Assembly: GCA_028023455.1 (NCBI GenBank)
Contig: JAQFVV010000007.1
Coordinates: forward strand, 14,570,001-14,634,000
Origin: Epiperipatus broadwayi
Taxonomy: Eukaryota > Animalia > Onychophora
DNA length: 64,000 nucleotides
Direction of reading: 5' to 3'
The notes beneath the pieces were generated by a model, which was not told the origin of the DNA, did no database searches, and saw only the letters and a program-made list of their open reading frames with translations. The position numbers and the translations under genes were made by a program. Below, piece by piece: positions 13,786-28,222 of this stretch (its first letter is position 1; every line of letters begins with the position of its first letter).

Positions 13786-15839
13786 TGATGTAATAATTAA
13801 TACATTATTTGACACATCCATTATATGGCATTTGAATCTAAAGTAATTTTGGAATCATTCATTCAGCTGAATACATTTCAAGTAAGCTACCCATGAACTA
13901 TAAACTAATACTAGCTATTCCCAGATTGAATGTAAAATAAAATGAAAAATGCCATAGGAACATTAAAATTAACTTAAATACTCTGTGGAAGCTGCCTCTT
14001 TTGTCTAAAGTGTGAAAGGTCTATATTTATATATGACCATTTGAAAATACATTTGTTTATATGAGCATTAAGACCCATTTCTTCTATTTTAGAGCCATCT
14101 AGTTTAGGTTTAGATAATTTATAGAACCTGGTTGCTCTACACAACATCTCCAAATATGGATTATAATACTTTATTGGTCAGGGGTGCACCTTTTGTTGCT
14201 ATAGCATTATTTGGAATTAAGCAAATTATACATCTTTATTCATTGTTTAAAAATGTGTGGTACAGTAAACATTTTATATACAACTAAGAAAAAATTATAC
14301 TGGAATAAGAGAGATGAAGTTAAATTAATTTTCTCATTTGTTTATGTTTAATTAAAAAGTAAATATGTCAATCTTTAATTGAGTGTAAAATGATATCACA
14401 ATTTCCAGCATAATAAATGTTTAATGAAAAATATTAATATATTCAGCTAAAGTTGATGATGTTAAAGTGGCAGTGCAGAAATCTTGATACTTGTAAATCA
14501 TATTATAATAAATTTGGTCTGGATAAATATTGAACCCATGATAAAGCAGTAAGTAGAAAATTGTGACTTGAACTAACTGAAGAATTCCAGTCTAGCAAGA
14601 AATGCAACTTGGGGAAAAGGTCAATTTATCTTTTTCAGATTCATATGATTCAAAAATGTGTGATGGACTGGATATTTTAAATATATCTAAGAAAAAACAA
14701 ATCTATTTGGGTATAAAGTATATGTGATGTATTAACTGCTTAAAAACTTTTATTATAATAAAAATTTGGTAGTTTTTCTTTCTTCCTCACCTCACACATT
14801 ATATATAATTTAAAAAACAACAACTGCCTGTTGTAAATGCAATTTAAAATAAAGTTCTGACAAGTAGATAGACTACATCATATATTTTATATTCAGCACT
14901 ACAGATGCATTAATCAACAATATATTTCTATGTAATCACAGACATATGCACTCTATTCTTTAAAATATTTTGATTACATATATCAATATCTTTAAATAAA
15001 TAAACAATAATAAAGCATTAATTATTAGGACTCTATTATTTAACAATAACAAAATCCTAATAATATTCTTTTTAAATGTATTTCTATGATAATATTTCAG
15101 TGGCAACCAGTATTGTTTTGACCAGTGATAAACTGACTGGAGAGTTATAAATTCTTGATTGAAGTCTAGTCTACTATTTCAGATGTGTTATCTCTTTAAT
15201 TGAGCTAATATAATTTGATTATTATTTCAAAGAATTTTTCTTAATGATTTTTAAAAATTAAATATGATAATAGTTAAACTGTGATTTATAGAGAAGATAG
15301 TTTTTTCCATATATATGTTTCAGAACAGGACAGTTCTTCATTTTTGAGCAAATTGTGATAAACCCTATTTTGTTATGATTAGAACAAAAAAAAAAAACAA
15401 GTTAAACTATTTCTTATTAATTATTTTCTTAAAAGAATATCTATATAATCATTTACTTCAGGTATTGTGAATGAATATAGATATATATATTTTACTGAGT
15501 CTTTATTTTGATTTGAAAATGATTTGAATCCTATCAGGTAATAATTTAGCATTGTTTTTCTTACTTCTTCTCAAAAAACAAAAGAAACAAATGCCAATAT
15601 CATACTTTTTTATTATTTACTTTTAATGATAATATATACATTATTTTATTCTTGATATATATTTGTACTAATATTTTTAATGAATTTATTAATGGTTATA
15701 TATAATTATATGCTGTTTGAAAGCTGCATTTTTATTTGTAATTGAACAGATATATCTATTTGTATTTTATTTATATTATAAATCTTAGAATTGTAATTTT
15801 TATTTGTGTTTAACATTAAAACTAAATCATTATACCTAA

Positions 15840-15843
<4 letters not shown>

Positions 15844-15893
<50 letters not shown>
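15844..15893. repeat. (TA)n microsatellite
   Basis: Direct reading. Confidence 0.95.
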
Positions 15894-15896
<3 letters not shown>

Positions 15897-18203
15897 TCTG
15901 ATGAGTTAATACATGCTCTTGAATCTTTGCATTTATTAATAAATCTGATTTTATATATTTTTTGTGCTGATTTGTATTTTTGATTTGTTATGTGTGCTTG
16001 CTAAATCAAATTTGTTGGAAAATTAACTATAATTCTATTTAATATACATTTTACAATGTTTGCTAAATGCCATATTGACTTTTATATGCATTTAGTTATA
16101 GATGCAATTTTCACAATAAAATTAAATTATATAATAATAATAATAATAAATATTAAATCTTCCATAAAACAAATGTAACATGATGGCAACATCTATAAAT
16201 AAGAATAATCCTTTCATGTTTCAACATTTTTTGCATTATTGCTAAACACAGTTGAGCTATTGTTCAACATTTTATATAGTATTAAAGCCTTTATTTCATA
16301 TTATAAATCAATATTTATACTTGATGTATTAGAAATATAAGTTTACAAATAAAAATACTATAAAAATCATGTTTAAACTTTACAAATATAGGAAAAATAA
16401 ATCATAAAGTGAATATGTAAATGAACAATGACTTTTTTTAGACAATTATGGCAATGCCATTAAAAAAATTAAATTAACAAATCTTGGTTAATTAAAGCTT
16501 AAACTTGAATGAATTATTATTAAGCCATCATAAAGATATGAAATTTCATTCTAAAATTTAAAATTGCTATCATAATTAATAAAATGTTACAAAAGTTGTG
16601 TCTGTGAGGTTTGACAGAATATTATTAATCATAGTTGCTTTTTGATTGTTATTATAAATTTCTTAAACTTGTAGTTATAAAAATAAAATATATTTGAATA
16701 AAATATAAGTGTAAATAGTTAAATAAATTATAGAAAATATATTTAAAAAATTATGCATGCTAACAAGTACTCTCACAACTGCTCTCAAATCTGAGATCAA
16801 AAGATCTACTAATCTGCAGTGCTAAATTGTAATTTGCAGATTACTGCTATCTTCAGATTTTTTAACTAATAAAACATTTTTTTTTAAATTGCCATTTCCT
16901 TCATTAAAGAAATACAATTGTTTTGTATATGTATGTGTGAATGCTTTACAAATCAGTTTTTTTTTCTTTTTTTAATATAGGTGAGTGTACTTTCAGTAAT
17001 GGCATGAAAAGAAATAAAAATTTACTTTGTAAAGTGCCATACCTCATTTTGCCTTTAGAAGTGGACTAGTCCAGATTCATTTTTAATCTGATTGGACTGA
17101 GCATTCATTGCCATTAACCAATGTATAAACAGATAGATAACACAATAAATGGTTAGTTTAGGCCAATAGGCAATGGTGCTCTCTGAATCTGATTGCTGAT
17201 CGGTAAGTTTATGGATCTTCCAATAAATAGTCAGCCATTTTGGAGGTAAAGCAAAGAACATCTGTTTTATCTAAATGATGGAACATGCTCTCAGTTGAAT
17301 CCACTGCTAATAGTGAACATTTCTATTATAGTCTATTTTGCTATAAGTCTACTATAGGGAGCCAAGTCCAAAATAGGACTGGAAGCTGCAAAGAATACAG
17401 CTGACTCAAGGCAAGTGGTCTATTACAGCTTGAAGAGTCTCTGGATAAAGTCACGAGGCAAGCTATTACATACAGCTGGAAGGGAGTCCAGTCATTTGGG
17501 CATGACTTGTCCAGTGTTAATTGAGATGCTATATGTAGCATTATGATTATTGATTGTATATTATGTAAATATATTTGATACTACTAAACTATATTAATTA
17601 AACTTTGAGTGTTCGTATTTTTCATACATAAAGCATACACACATACATATGCATAAGGGTTACATAAACATGTGAGAGTGAAACTAATATCACATTAAAT
17701 GAATGCACAACCAGCAAAATAGTTTTATAGATATGTATAAGTGTGTAAAATGCCAAAAGTAACAGCAGCACCATCATACTCCTAATATTATACCAATCAA
17801 AAGATATATCTAAATAAATCTCTGCTAATGGACATAGCTGGTATTTGGATTAATAATCAAATAAATGATAATTGTAATGCAAACAAAAGCCAATCCAAAT
17901 GATCAATGAAATAGAAATAATTAAAAAATGAAAGCAAAGCTGAATAGAATGAAATAATTTAGATGGAGATTAATAAGAAATATAAACTATATTATAAAGT
18001 ATAAGTTATCTGTCAATTCATAAGGACAGCATTTTACTTGTGATTATATCTTGGATTTTTATTATCTAGTTTTAATTCAAACTTTATTTAAAGTTTTTAA
18101 ATATAGGGGATTTGAACTCAGACTTTCAAGCACCCACTAACTATCCACACTATCTCATACAACTTATATACATGACCAACACATGTAGAAAAGACAAATA
18201 ATC

Positions 18204-18247
18204 ACCAATATATGTATTTCATGCTAAACCAGCACTCATCAGTTGAT
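18204..18247 (-). ncRNA. Minimal type-I hammerhead ribozyme motif (left arm of family A)
   Basis: RNA reads AUCAA CUGAUGA GUGCU-GGUUU-AGCAU GAAA UACAUA UA^ UUGGU: 5-bp helix I, 5-bp helix II, short helix III, complete core, AUA cleavage triplet. Confidence 0.75.
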
Positions 18248-18379
18248 CCAGATTATCATCTCCCACACACATATATATATAATCAGTGCTCAGTTTATGT
18301 TATGATAGCAAATCCTCACACTTTAATGGGCAGGCTACAATCTACTTCAATCTGCTATCTTAATATAAACTGAGCACAT

Positions 18380-18415
<36 letters not shown>

Positions 18416-18430
18416 ATGATGATAATCTGG

Positions 18431-18474
18431 ACCAACTGATGAATGTTTGTTTAGCATGAAATACATATATTGGC
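18431..18474 (+). ncRNA. Minimal type-I hammerhead ribozyme motif (right arm of family A)
   Basis: ACCAA CUGAUGA AUGUU-UGUUU-AGCAU GAAA UACAUA UA^ UUGG. Predicted cleavage after 18469. Confidence 0.72.
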
Positions 18475-19465
18475 GATTGTTTATCTTTTCTACATGTGTG
18501 TGGTTATGTATATCAGTTGTATAAGATAGTGTGTATAATTAATTGGTGGGTTCTTGAAGAACTGAATTCAAATCCCTATATTTATAATTAAGCTCCAGGT
18601 TTGTAAAGAGTGCCTGGTTTTCAAATATTTAAACTTTTTAAATACATTCAACTATTAATAATTGCACACAGATTAGTATATAACACAATGTTTAAAATGG
18701 TATTATTTTCTTCTTGCTCAGATGAGTCTAACAATGACCAAGATGACAATATAAACAGGTAGCCATGAAATCAAAGAAAACATATTATAGTGATCGCTCT
18801 AATTAGTTATGCAATTATATCTTTGATGAAATGACCTAATTGCTTTGAACATTATGTTAAATTTAGTATTCATAGTATTTAAAGTTCTACTTTAATTCCT
18901 ATACTAGTACTATCACTGAACTTGCCAAAATTACTCAAAGAAGAAAGAAAATTAACGCTATTTGAATTATATACTAATTTCTGTGTTATAATTAAGAGTT
19001 GTGTGTATTTGAAAAGTTTAAATAAAGTTTCTTTTTTTTTTTTAAAAAAAATTTAACAATTAAATTTACCGAGGATATATACTATGAGCATTCTTTTGGT
19101 TATCTGACATAACCAAGTAGATGTTTACAAATAATACCACAAAATTTTTCATTCTTTTTTTTTTAATCTTCAGAATCTACTTTTTGCAAATTCTTTTAAT
19201 TTTATTTTTAAAAATATTTCATAATATTTTTAATTATATATTTAACCATTTTCATAATCTAAGATAACAAAGAAATAAGCAAAATGCATAAAAATTACAA
19301 TTTTAATAAAATGAAAGAAATAGGAAAAAATAATAGAGAAAATAAAAAGGCCAATTCAAAAAAATTTTGAATAAAATCAATAGATAGAAAATGGCAAATA
19401 TATTGTATTACAAAAAAAAAATATAGCTAACAAAAAAGTATCACATTTACTATAAATCTCATATT

Positions 19466-21500
19466 CATCACCATCATTATCAACCATTATCAATCCACTG
19501 CAGTATGAAAGTCTCTCCAATTTCGATCCATCTTCTCTGATCTTTAGCTTCTCTTCTCTACATCATCCCTGCACACTTTCTTATTTCATCCTTCCATCTC
19601 ACATGTGGTCTCTTTCTGGGTCTTTTAAATCTCTTGAAATCCGATTTAAGATTTCAATTGTCCATGTATTATCATTTCTTCTAGCAATATGTCCATCCCA
19701 ACTCCATGTCAATCTTGTAATTTTTTCAATGAAGTTAGTAACACCTGCTTGTTCTCTTACCCATATATTGTGTTTTTGATTTTTTCTTGTTACTCTCAAC
19801 ATGCATCTCTCCAAACTTTTTTGAGTGGTCTGAAGTCTCTGTATTGCTCTTGTATCAAGTGTCCAATTCCCAGATCCATAAGTAAGAACTGGTAAAACAC
19901 ATTTATTAAAAAACCTTTCTTTTCAAACACGTAGGCATATTTCCTTTTAGTATCAAGTTATTTCTACCAAAAGCACTCCAACCAAGTTTAATTCTATGAT
20001 TAATTTCCTCTATTATGTTTCCATCTGTATTAATAATCTGACCAAGGTATTTGTAACTTCTAACTTCTTCTAACTCATCATAATTAATCTTTATTTTCAT
20101 ATTTTGAGAAAATCCATTAAACATTACTTTAATCTTTTTAACATTTATCTTTAGTCCTACTTTTCTACTTTCATCTGATAACTCCTGCAACACTTTCTGC
20201 AGCTCTAAAACATTATTTGCAAAAACAACTACATCATCTTCAAGCTCTAAATGACTTAAATAATCTCTATTTACTTTCACTTTTTTAGCTTCCCATTTTA
20301 ATCCACAAAATACTTCTTGCACCACTGCTGTAAAAAGTTTTGGAGATATGGACTCACCCTGTCTTACATCCTTCTCAATGTTGACTTTCCCAGTATCCTT
20401 ATGTAATCTAATTGTTACTGTTGCATTTTTATAAATATTCCTTAAAATATGACAATATCCTGGATCCAATACTTTAATCACTGAAGAAATATTTATAAAA
20501 TCAAATGCCTTTTCATAATCCACAAATCCAAGATATAATGGTAACTCATATTTATTTATCCTTTCTATAATTTCTCTCAATTCCTGGATATAATCTACTG
20601 TACTAAAACCACTTTTAAATCCTGCTTAAACAATATTTACAGTTGATATTCCTAATCTTCAGTGACATTCTAATGAATTAAAATTAGAACTTACAAATCA
20701 GTTTCAAGTATTAGTAGATTTTGAATATGATTCACATTTGAATGAAATTAATATGAAAATAACTGATATACTTTTAAAAACTGCAACAAAGATAGCTGAT
20801 AAAAAAAGCAGCAATTGACCAATAAAATTTTTACTGAGACTAGAGAATTTATGAAGAAAAGAGGGAGTATGAAGATATACAAAAATGATGCATTAAAAAG
20901 AATTGAATATCTCAAATTTTGTAAAATGGTGCGGAAAAGAGTTGAAAATGATATAAGAAAGTATAACTGTGAACTAGCAAGGAAAGCTGTAGAAGAGAAT
21001 AAAAGTCTCAATAGTATAAAACAACATTTTGGTATTCTGTAGGAAGTTTATATCTGCAATAAAAAAAAGATGAAATTAATACTAAAAAAAGAGATAACAT
21101 CATGAAATAGGTAGAAAACTTTTATCAAGAATTATATAGTAATAAAAAACAAGTACCTCCTATATCTATTACATCTTCTGAATTACCCAAAATTTTAAAT
21201 GAAGAAATGAGACATGCAATTAAATGTAAAAAAAAAAAGTAAAAGCTCCAGGTAATGATGAAATTATAATTGATATATTAAAAGAAGCAGGTGAAGAAAT
21301 ATAATTTTTTTTTAGCAAAGTTATATACCAAATGTCTAAATAATAAAGATGTACCAGATGATTGGAAGATTGCTGAATTAATATTAATATTTAAAAAAGG
21401 TGATAAAGAAGATATTAGAAATTACAGACCTATCAGCCTTTTATCAGTTTAACATAAAAAAATTACCAAGATAATTACAACTCGTCTACAGCGAGCATTG
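19466..21500 (-). mobile_element. RTE LINE copy with 5' inversion (twin-priming structure) and 12-bp TSD; decayed
   Basis: 19466-20627 (minus) matches the 3' 1.18 kb of the full-length element (28206-29385). 20628-21500 (plus) matches its 30279 to 29408 segment inverted. AAATCTCATATT flanks both ends (19454-19465 and 21501-21512). Contains frameshifts, stops and a broken RT motif (HLELEDD). Confidence 0.9.
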
Positions 21501-23135
21501 AAATCTCATATTACTATTTTGTATTTACACTCACTGTGCTAAAGTTTAAAGTAATTTCAGAATGGATTTTAAATATTAAGGATTAGACTAGAAGATCAAA
21601 TCATCTGTTACTTTCTATTATTGAGCTTGAATTCCAGAGTAATTAATCTTTTTTATTTTCTAAAGAAGTAATATAGTTCAGAAACCCTTGTTTTGAAGAT
21701 TTCTGACACTCACTGATAGTTTCATATTACTCAATAACTCATTTTATTAATTAAATACTCATTCACCAATTATTAGTAAGTTTACTAGATTAGCTACAAA
21801 TTGACTTATGCAAGTATATATATCTTGTTTGGGAAATACTCAATAACTTGTAGACAAATCTATTTATTTATGATTATGGAAGATAGTGCATTAAACATAA
21901 TATATAAGACCCATCCTACATATCCTGAAAAGAGTTCAATGACTATTGTACATGTACATGTTGTTATTTTATAGTTCTTTACATTTGAGGTCTGTTTGCA
22001 GCAGTGAAACCATTGGTTGTGTTTTAGAATTTATTTTTTGGCTTGTCTAATTGAGATAAGAATTTGGGATAATTTTGATTATGTATATCACAGGTATACA
22101 TTGAAAAGAATATAATGGTAAATGAAATCCAGTTTATTATGTAATTAGTAAAAAATTAGTAAATCAATTGATATTTTATAAAATCAAAACCCACACACGC
22201 GTATTTATTTTTCTCTTTGAGGATTTTATGAATTTGTACAAATGATTTTATATTTATAAATAAAAACAAGACTTAAAAAAAGAAGCATTATTTTTTAAAA
22301 CATGAAGTTTAATTATTTACTTTACTCAAAAGAAAATAATTAGTTATTAAACAAGTTTAACTTTAGCTTTCAAATAAAATTTAATTAAGATCTCGGTTTC
22401 ATATCCAATCAGTGGGATTAAATTTGTCGCACATGCGCATTATTGTCAAAAAATTTATTGAACCCTAAAAGAATTTATGAATTCTTTATTTAACTAGAAT
22501 TAATTGTAAAGTTGTATATACTTTGTATTATCAAAATTATACTTACAAAAATTTTATTAATATTGTATAAAGTAATAACACTCGTTATGACATGACTATA
22601 CAAAAAGAAGTTATAAATAAAAACATTGATACTATTAAATACAATATGGTGCATTTTTAGTGTGAGCATCTTTGTCAAAGATGATCCTTATACTCAATTA
22701 AAAGTGAAAACATGAAATTATGCAGTTAAACAGAAAAATGTGTATATTACAAAATACATCCAGGAACCTAATCGCTTTACACTTGTGATGAATAGAGAGA
22801 GACTGTTAATAGACAATTAAAGCAACATATAAAGATGTTAAAGTAGATCCTGTAGCAGCATTTTTCAAACTATACTCCTTGAAACACCGGTGTTATGTAG
22901 AAGATCAATAAAGTATTCCATGAAAATTAATATAACTCATATAATTTTACTACATTCATTTGAAACATGTTTGAACAGTGAGGCAGTAAGCATATGCCTA
23001 ACAATACTATGACATCAAGAGTTGTTAACAATCTGCCAAAATAAGTGAACATCCGCTTAACCAGATGAACAGATATTACAAATGACCTGTTTATTAAATA
23101 CATCATTGTATTATTTTGCTTTAAAATATAAGTTG

Positions 23136-23389
<254 letters not shown>

Positions 23390-26300
23390 TTTTGACTGTT
23401 TTGTTATAATAGATTTGGATTGGCTTGCAGAAATTGTGTAACTAATCATTTATTATTATTATGTTTTTATAATAATTATAAATTATTTCTTATTATAATT
23501 ACATTATTTATTTCAGTATTATAGCTTTCAATTATTGTACATTCTATTTCATTTATTATAATCTTATTTATTTGCAACTTTTAATTTTTGTTATTTTATC
23601 AAATCATTTTTACTACAATTGCTTTTACATTATTGACAATTTTTAATAATGAAATAAATTCTAAAGTAGATAACTTTCCAACATAATTTTAGAATGCCTC
23701 ATGACATATAATCCTTTTTTTTTTTCAAATATTTTCAAAATCCCATGAGGTCAATCCCTGAGTTCAGAATCCATTTCAGTGCAAATGATTTTAAAAATTT
23801 AGTTGATTTAAATACTGACTCTGATTTAAAACAAAAATACAAGAATCTGCCATTAAATTATTTCTGAATAGTACTGTTTTCTCTGGTTTATGAAGTGATA
23901 TTTAATTCAATACAATTTAGTGATGGAGTTATTTTAGGTTTTTTTAATAAGTTGTGAAATAAATATTGTAAATATTTTCAATATGGTAGCTATTTATAAA
24001 TGAAAATAGTCAAAAGCCTACAGAACTTTCAGCCTCATCAGCTGGTCTTTCCAAACATCATCAAAGCCATTTCTTAGCAAACAGATATCTACTGTATGAA
24101 TGGATGCCTTCTATTATTCATTATAATGCATTGAAATAGTATTAAACACACAATTATCACATGGTTCTTTTTGTTCTTTGTGTCATTTGGTGAAATGTCA
24201 GAATGTCATACTATGGGATGCAAGATCCTCAAATTGATTTCAATGCAGGTATTTCAAACACTCAAACTTCTTACGAAACTTGCTAGTAATAAAACCATCA
24301 GATTATTATTATAATTAAATTGTAATAAATTAATTAAATAATACTAGAGTCAATGTGTTTACTTATTGTGTACATGAAAGTTTTTAAATATATGTAGGTG
24401 TCTTATCAATCAATGATGTAAAAAAAATGTTAGTAACATTTGATTTAAATAGTTATCAGCCTGAGAACAGCAGCAAATCCTAATATAGTAGCACCACCCT
24501 ATTAAAGTCATAGTAATCAGCAGCTTGAACTAGGTGGCATTACTGTATGAATAGTTTTCTACTATTTTAACAACATGTGCAATCATAGTAAATGGTGATC
24601 TTATGTGATACAAGTTTGAAAAAAAATGTACTTGGGTATCTTGGTAGCTTTTTACATAAAATGTTGGATTCAAATACTAAGATACAGCAAGGTGACAATG
24701 GGTTATACTTAATAAGATAAATGACCAATCATTTCACTATAAATTTACTTTTTATTCTTATCAATGAATTTTTCATCTCAATTTCACAACATCCAATTAA
24801 TAATCAGTACAAAATTTCAGTAATCTTTTCTCACTATGCTGGCATTTAATGAACATTATCTATGATGTGAAATAGAATTATCATTCTCATACTCATGCTG
24901 AAAATTTAATAGTTTTCCATTACACATCTCTCAGGTAAAATAAAAACTGGTTTCTATCCACTTTTAGTACATTGTGGAAGGTTGAATAATTGTTGCATTA
25001 TGAAGAATATTTTTAAGTTTTTATCAATGCCCTCCTATCTCAACTTTACCAATATCACTAGCTAAATCAGTACAGAAATTTAGACTATATATTTTACTAT
25101 GCATACATTTTGTGAACAACCTTGGCTCATCAGATGACCTAGGGATTACATAAATCTGTGTGCACTATTTAATAGTATATGGAGGTTATTAGTCTTTCAA
25201 CTTTATTGAGACATAGATCTCACTTAAACATAATATAAAGACTATATTTTAAGATGCCAAATAACATTCTAAAAAAATATATTAGTAAGATTGTAAGACC
25301 AAATGCTATATGTCCTTCAGCTTTCTAGATGTTGTCATATTAAATCTACAATGGGAAGGACCCATTTTGATGGTGTTGATCATGTGATGCAGATGAAAAA
25401 TAATAGATCTAAAAAAGCCTTTTATTAAAACCTTAAGCATGTTTTCAAAAACAAAGCTGACTCCATTTATAATTTGAAAATTATATTGGAAACACTTTGA
25501 AGAAGTATAATCTTCATTGATTTTATTAAGAGTTGACTAAGAAATGATAAAAATAAATACTACAATTTGTTAGATATTTGCTGTTTTAGCAAAAAGGAGA
25601 TAGCATTAAAAAGCTGTATTACAACATGTCAAATTAACAGACTAGGGTATAATTCATATGAAAGATTAATGATTTATTGATTAATTTGTATGTCATTGCT
25701 AATGCATTTCTTTGTTTTCCTATTTGTTCTTTCTTTTTTTTTTGCTCAAGTTAAATGGTAATATCCACTTATTAGTATAGCTACAAAACATTAATTATAT
25801 ACTGATTTTATTTTATATTTTCACATGCTTAATGCTCTAGTCATAACAACATATAATAACCATATTATTACCAGAAAATAATTGAAATGGAAAGATGGTT
25901 GTTGAATTTGGAAAGGTGAATGTTCTTTAATATTTATTAAAATGTATTACTATACCTATTTGACATGTCTGTGACTGTATGTTTGAATATACATAGAGCT
26001 TGGAAATGTTTGTAAATCACTAAAAAATTTTGTCACAAGCAGCTCTCTATGTTAGTGCCATCTATTATAAGTTTTAATAATCAAGGATTACCAGATGCAC
26101 ATAAAATTCCCATCTTGTGTATTTAAACTGCAATATTCAGAGAAGTTTCTGGTTTTGTTCTTTGTGATGAAGTTTGGGATTCAAAGTTAGAAGTAATGTG
26201 GACAAACACTCATCAGCCATATTTGACTCAATTTTACTTGTCAATCTACAAACTTGGAAATTCAAAAACTCAAAAGCCAGAAAAAAATATAATAATAGAT

Positions 26301-27657
26301 TTAAATAGTAAGAACATGGATTTTATATGCATCTGGATAAGCTTTGATTACTCAAGCTTATAACTAGATAGTGCTAGAATAGATATCTGCTCTTCTCATA
26401 TTATTTAAGCTGAAAGTTTTATGATTTATTCTTAATTAAGGATTTCAAAACAATTTAAAAAGTTTTTCAAATTATACCACAATGAAATTAAAACAGGTAT
26501 CCACTTACTAGTCAGTAACTATATTCAGAACATTTGGCTTTCATGAATTAACAACATTCTAGGTCTCACAACATCAATGTCTAAATCACTAAACCAATGA
26601 ATGAGTAATTATTTATTGGTAAATACCTAAATAAACAGCCACTGTTTTTAGTTTAAAACTGAGTCAAAAAAAATTACTAAATAAATATTATCTGTCAGGA
26701 GTTTACTAGTCTGGTGAGGAATGTTTTTTATGCCAATGAATCCGGAGTTGATCAAATAGATGAGATAGAGAATGAACTCTGATTTATCAATCTTTGTGTC
26801 AGATGTTGAGCTCTATGCATTATTCTGATGAATCCACAATGCACTGACTTTAAAAAAAATAATTTAAATTATACTTAAAAGGGATGTGACACTTCCAAGG
26901 ATTGTGTCTATTTTTTTATATATTTTAAAAAATTGGTTTTATTTATTTTGTAAGTTTATTTTACTTTCTCAAGTTCTAAATATATGTCCTAATGTTTCTT
27001 TTCAAATTAATATATTTAATGCCATACAGGTTTCTGTGCAGTGATAGAATGGTGAACTGAAGGTTCATAGATGATGCCTCCACACACACACTTTTTGTAC
27101 TCAAACATCATATGATCTCATGAGCAATAAATCTTTAGTTTTTTTTTCTTTTAATCTATTTGATATTGATTAACAAAAAAATAAAACCAATTTTCTCAAT
27201 TCTGCAAAACTGGTTATGTCCTGTAGATTTGATTTCGAATCAAAGATAATATCAATAATATAATTGTTTCTATACCATATGAAACAATCTTATTATTGAT
27301 AGCTGAGTTACTGTTTATATACCAATAGACTAAAATATTTATCTTTAAAATAATCAAGTGGATTATTGCTTGGGAATTAGAAAGAAGTTCAAGCACTGGA
27401 AATAACAGTAAGATCACAATTGATAGATCTTAAACTCCAGTAGCTACCACTCTGCTATTAACCCGCACCACACATCATAATCTATTTTTAACACCCTATA
27501 TAGAAAAAGTTAGGAATTCTAAATCAATATCAATGTAAATATTTATTTATAAAATAAAGTTGCAAAAACGTTTTTCATGATAAGGTAAAGCTTGGAAGAA
27601 AACACTAGCATATAAAATATTTAACTACTTCTTCTTATTGCATTGCCACATGTATAC

Positions 27658-27945
27658 CATATAATACTAAATCATCATGAACTTTACTACTGTTACACAA
27701 TGCTTTATTTACCACTTTCTTTTACAGTTTACAGTTTTGATTGACCCAGCAATCTTCTTAAGAACTTTTATATCTTTTAACTTCAACTGCTAAATTTGGC
27801 AGTTGAAATTAAGAGATATAATAGTTCTGAAGAAGATTGCTGGGGCAGATTGCTGGTGCAATCGAAACTGTAAACTGTAAAATAGGATTGTAAATAAAGC
27901 CTTGTGTATCAGTAGTAAAGTGCTTGAATGATTTAGTATTATATG
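27658..27945. mobile_element. Palindromic element (family B), ~140-bp arms, hammerhead motif in each arm (left one mutated)
   Basis: CATATAATACTAAATCAT...TTCAACTGC, a short loop, then GCAGTTGAA...ATGATTTAGTATTATATG. A solo relative lies at 59094-59138. Confidence 0.8.
27821..27878 (+). ncRNA. Minimal type-I hammerhead ribozyme motif (family B)
   Basis: AUAGUU CUGAAGA A GAUUGC...GCAAUC GAAA CUG UA^ AACUGU: 6-bp helix I, 6-bp helix II, complete core, GUA triplet. Helix III has only a 1-nt loop, so it could form only in a dimer. Confidence 0.7.
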
Positions 27946-28222
27946 ATATAAAATATTTGTTAGTTTTTATCAAAGAATCTTAAAGTTTTTATCATATCTG
28001 CTGACCCAACATATCTAAATAAAATTATTGTGGCTTGTTCTCATAAAAAAGTATTAAGCTTGAAGTCCTAAGAAAGAAACACAAAATATGAAAAAAATTT
28101 TAAAAAATTTTTTTTATTTTTATAAAGATATTAAAAAGTTAAAAAAAGCATCTTCAGCCTCACATTATTCTCATGACACTGTTACCAAAAATGAAAGTGT
28201 GGGATCATCATCATCATCATTA

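Larger units (their letters stand above)
18098..18584. mobile_element. Palindromic element (family A), ~210-bp arms each carrying a hammerhead motif; Penelope-like/retrozyme-type
   Basis: TAAATATAGGGGATTTGAACTCAG... at the left end is mirrored by ...CTGAATTCAAATCCCTATATTTA at the right end. There is a ~45-nt unpaired centre. Related insertions lie at 49531 and 51220. Confidence 0.8.

Noticed and set aside
17341-17545. GC-richer stretch with short open frames
   Set aside because: No recognisable domain and no convincing splice context.
18105-18125. B-box-like GAGTTCAAATCC at the outer end of family A as a Pol III promoter
   Set aside because: No convincing A-box at proper spacing, and the 49.5-kb relative lacks the motif.
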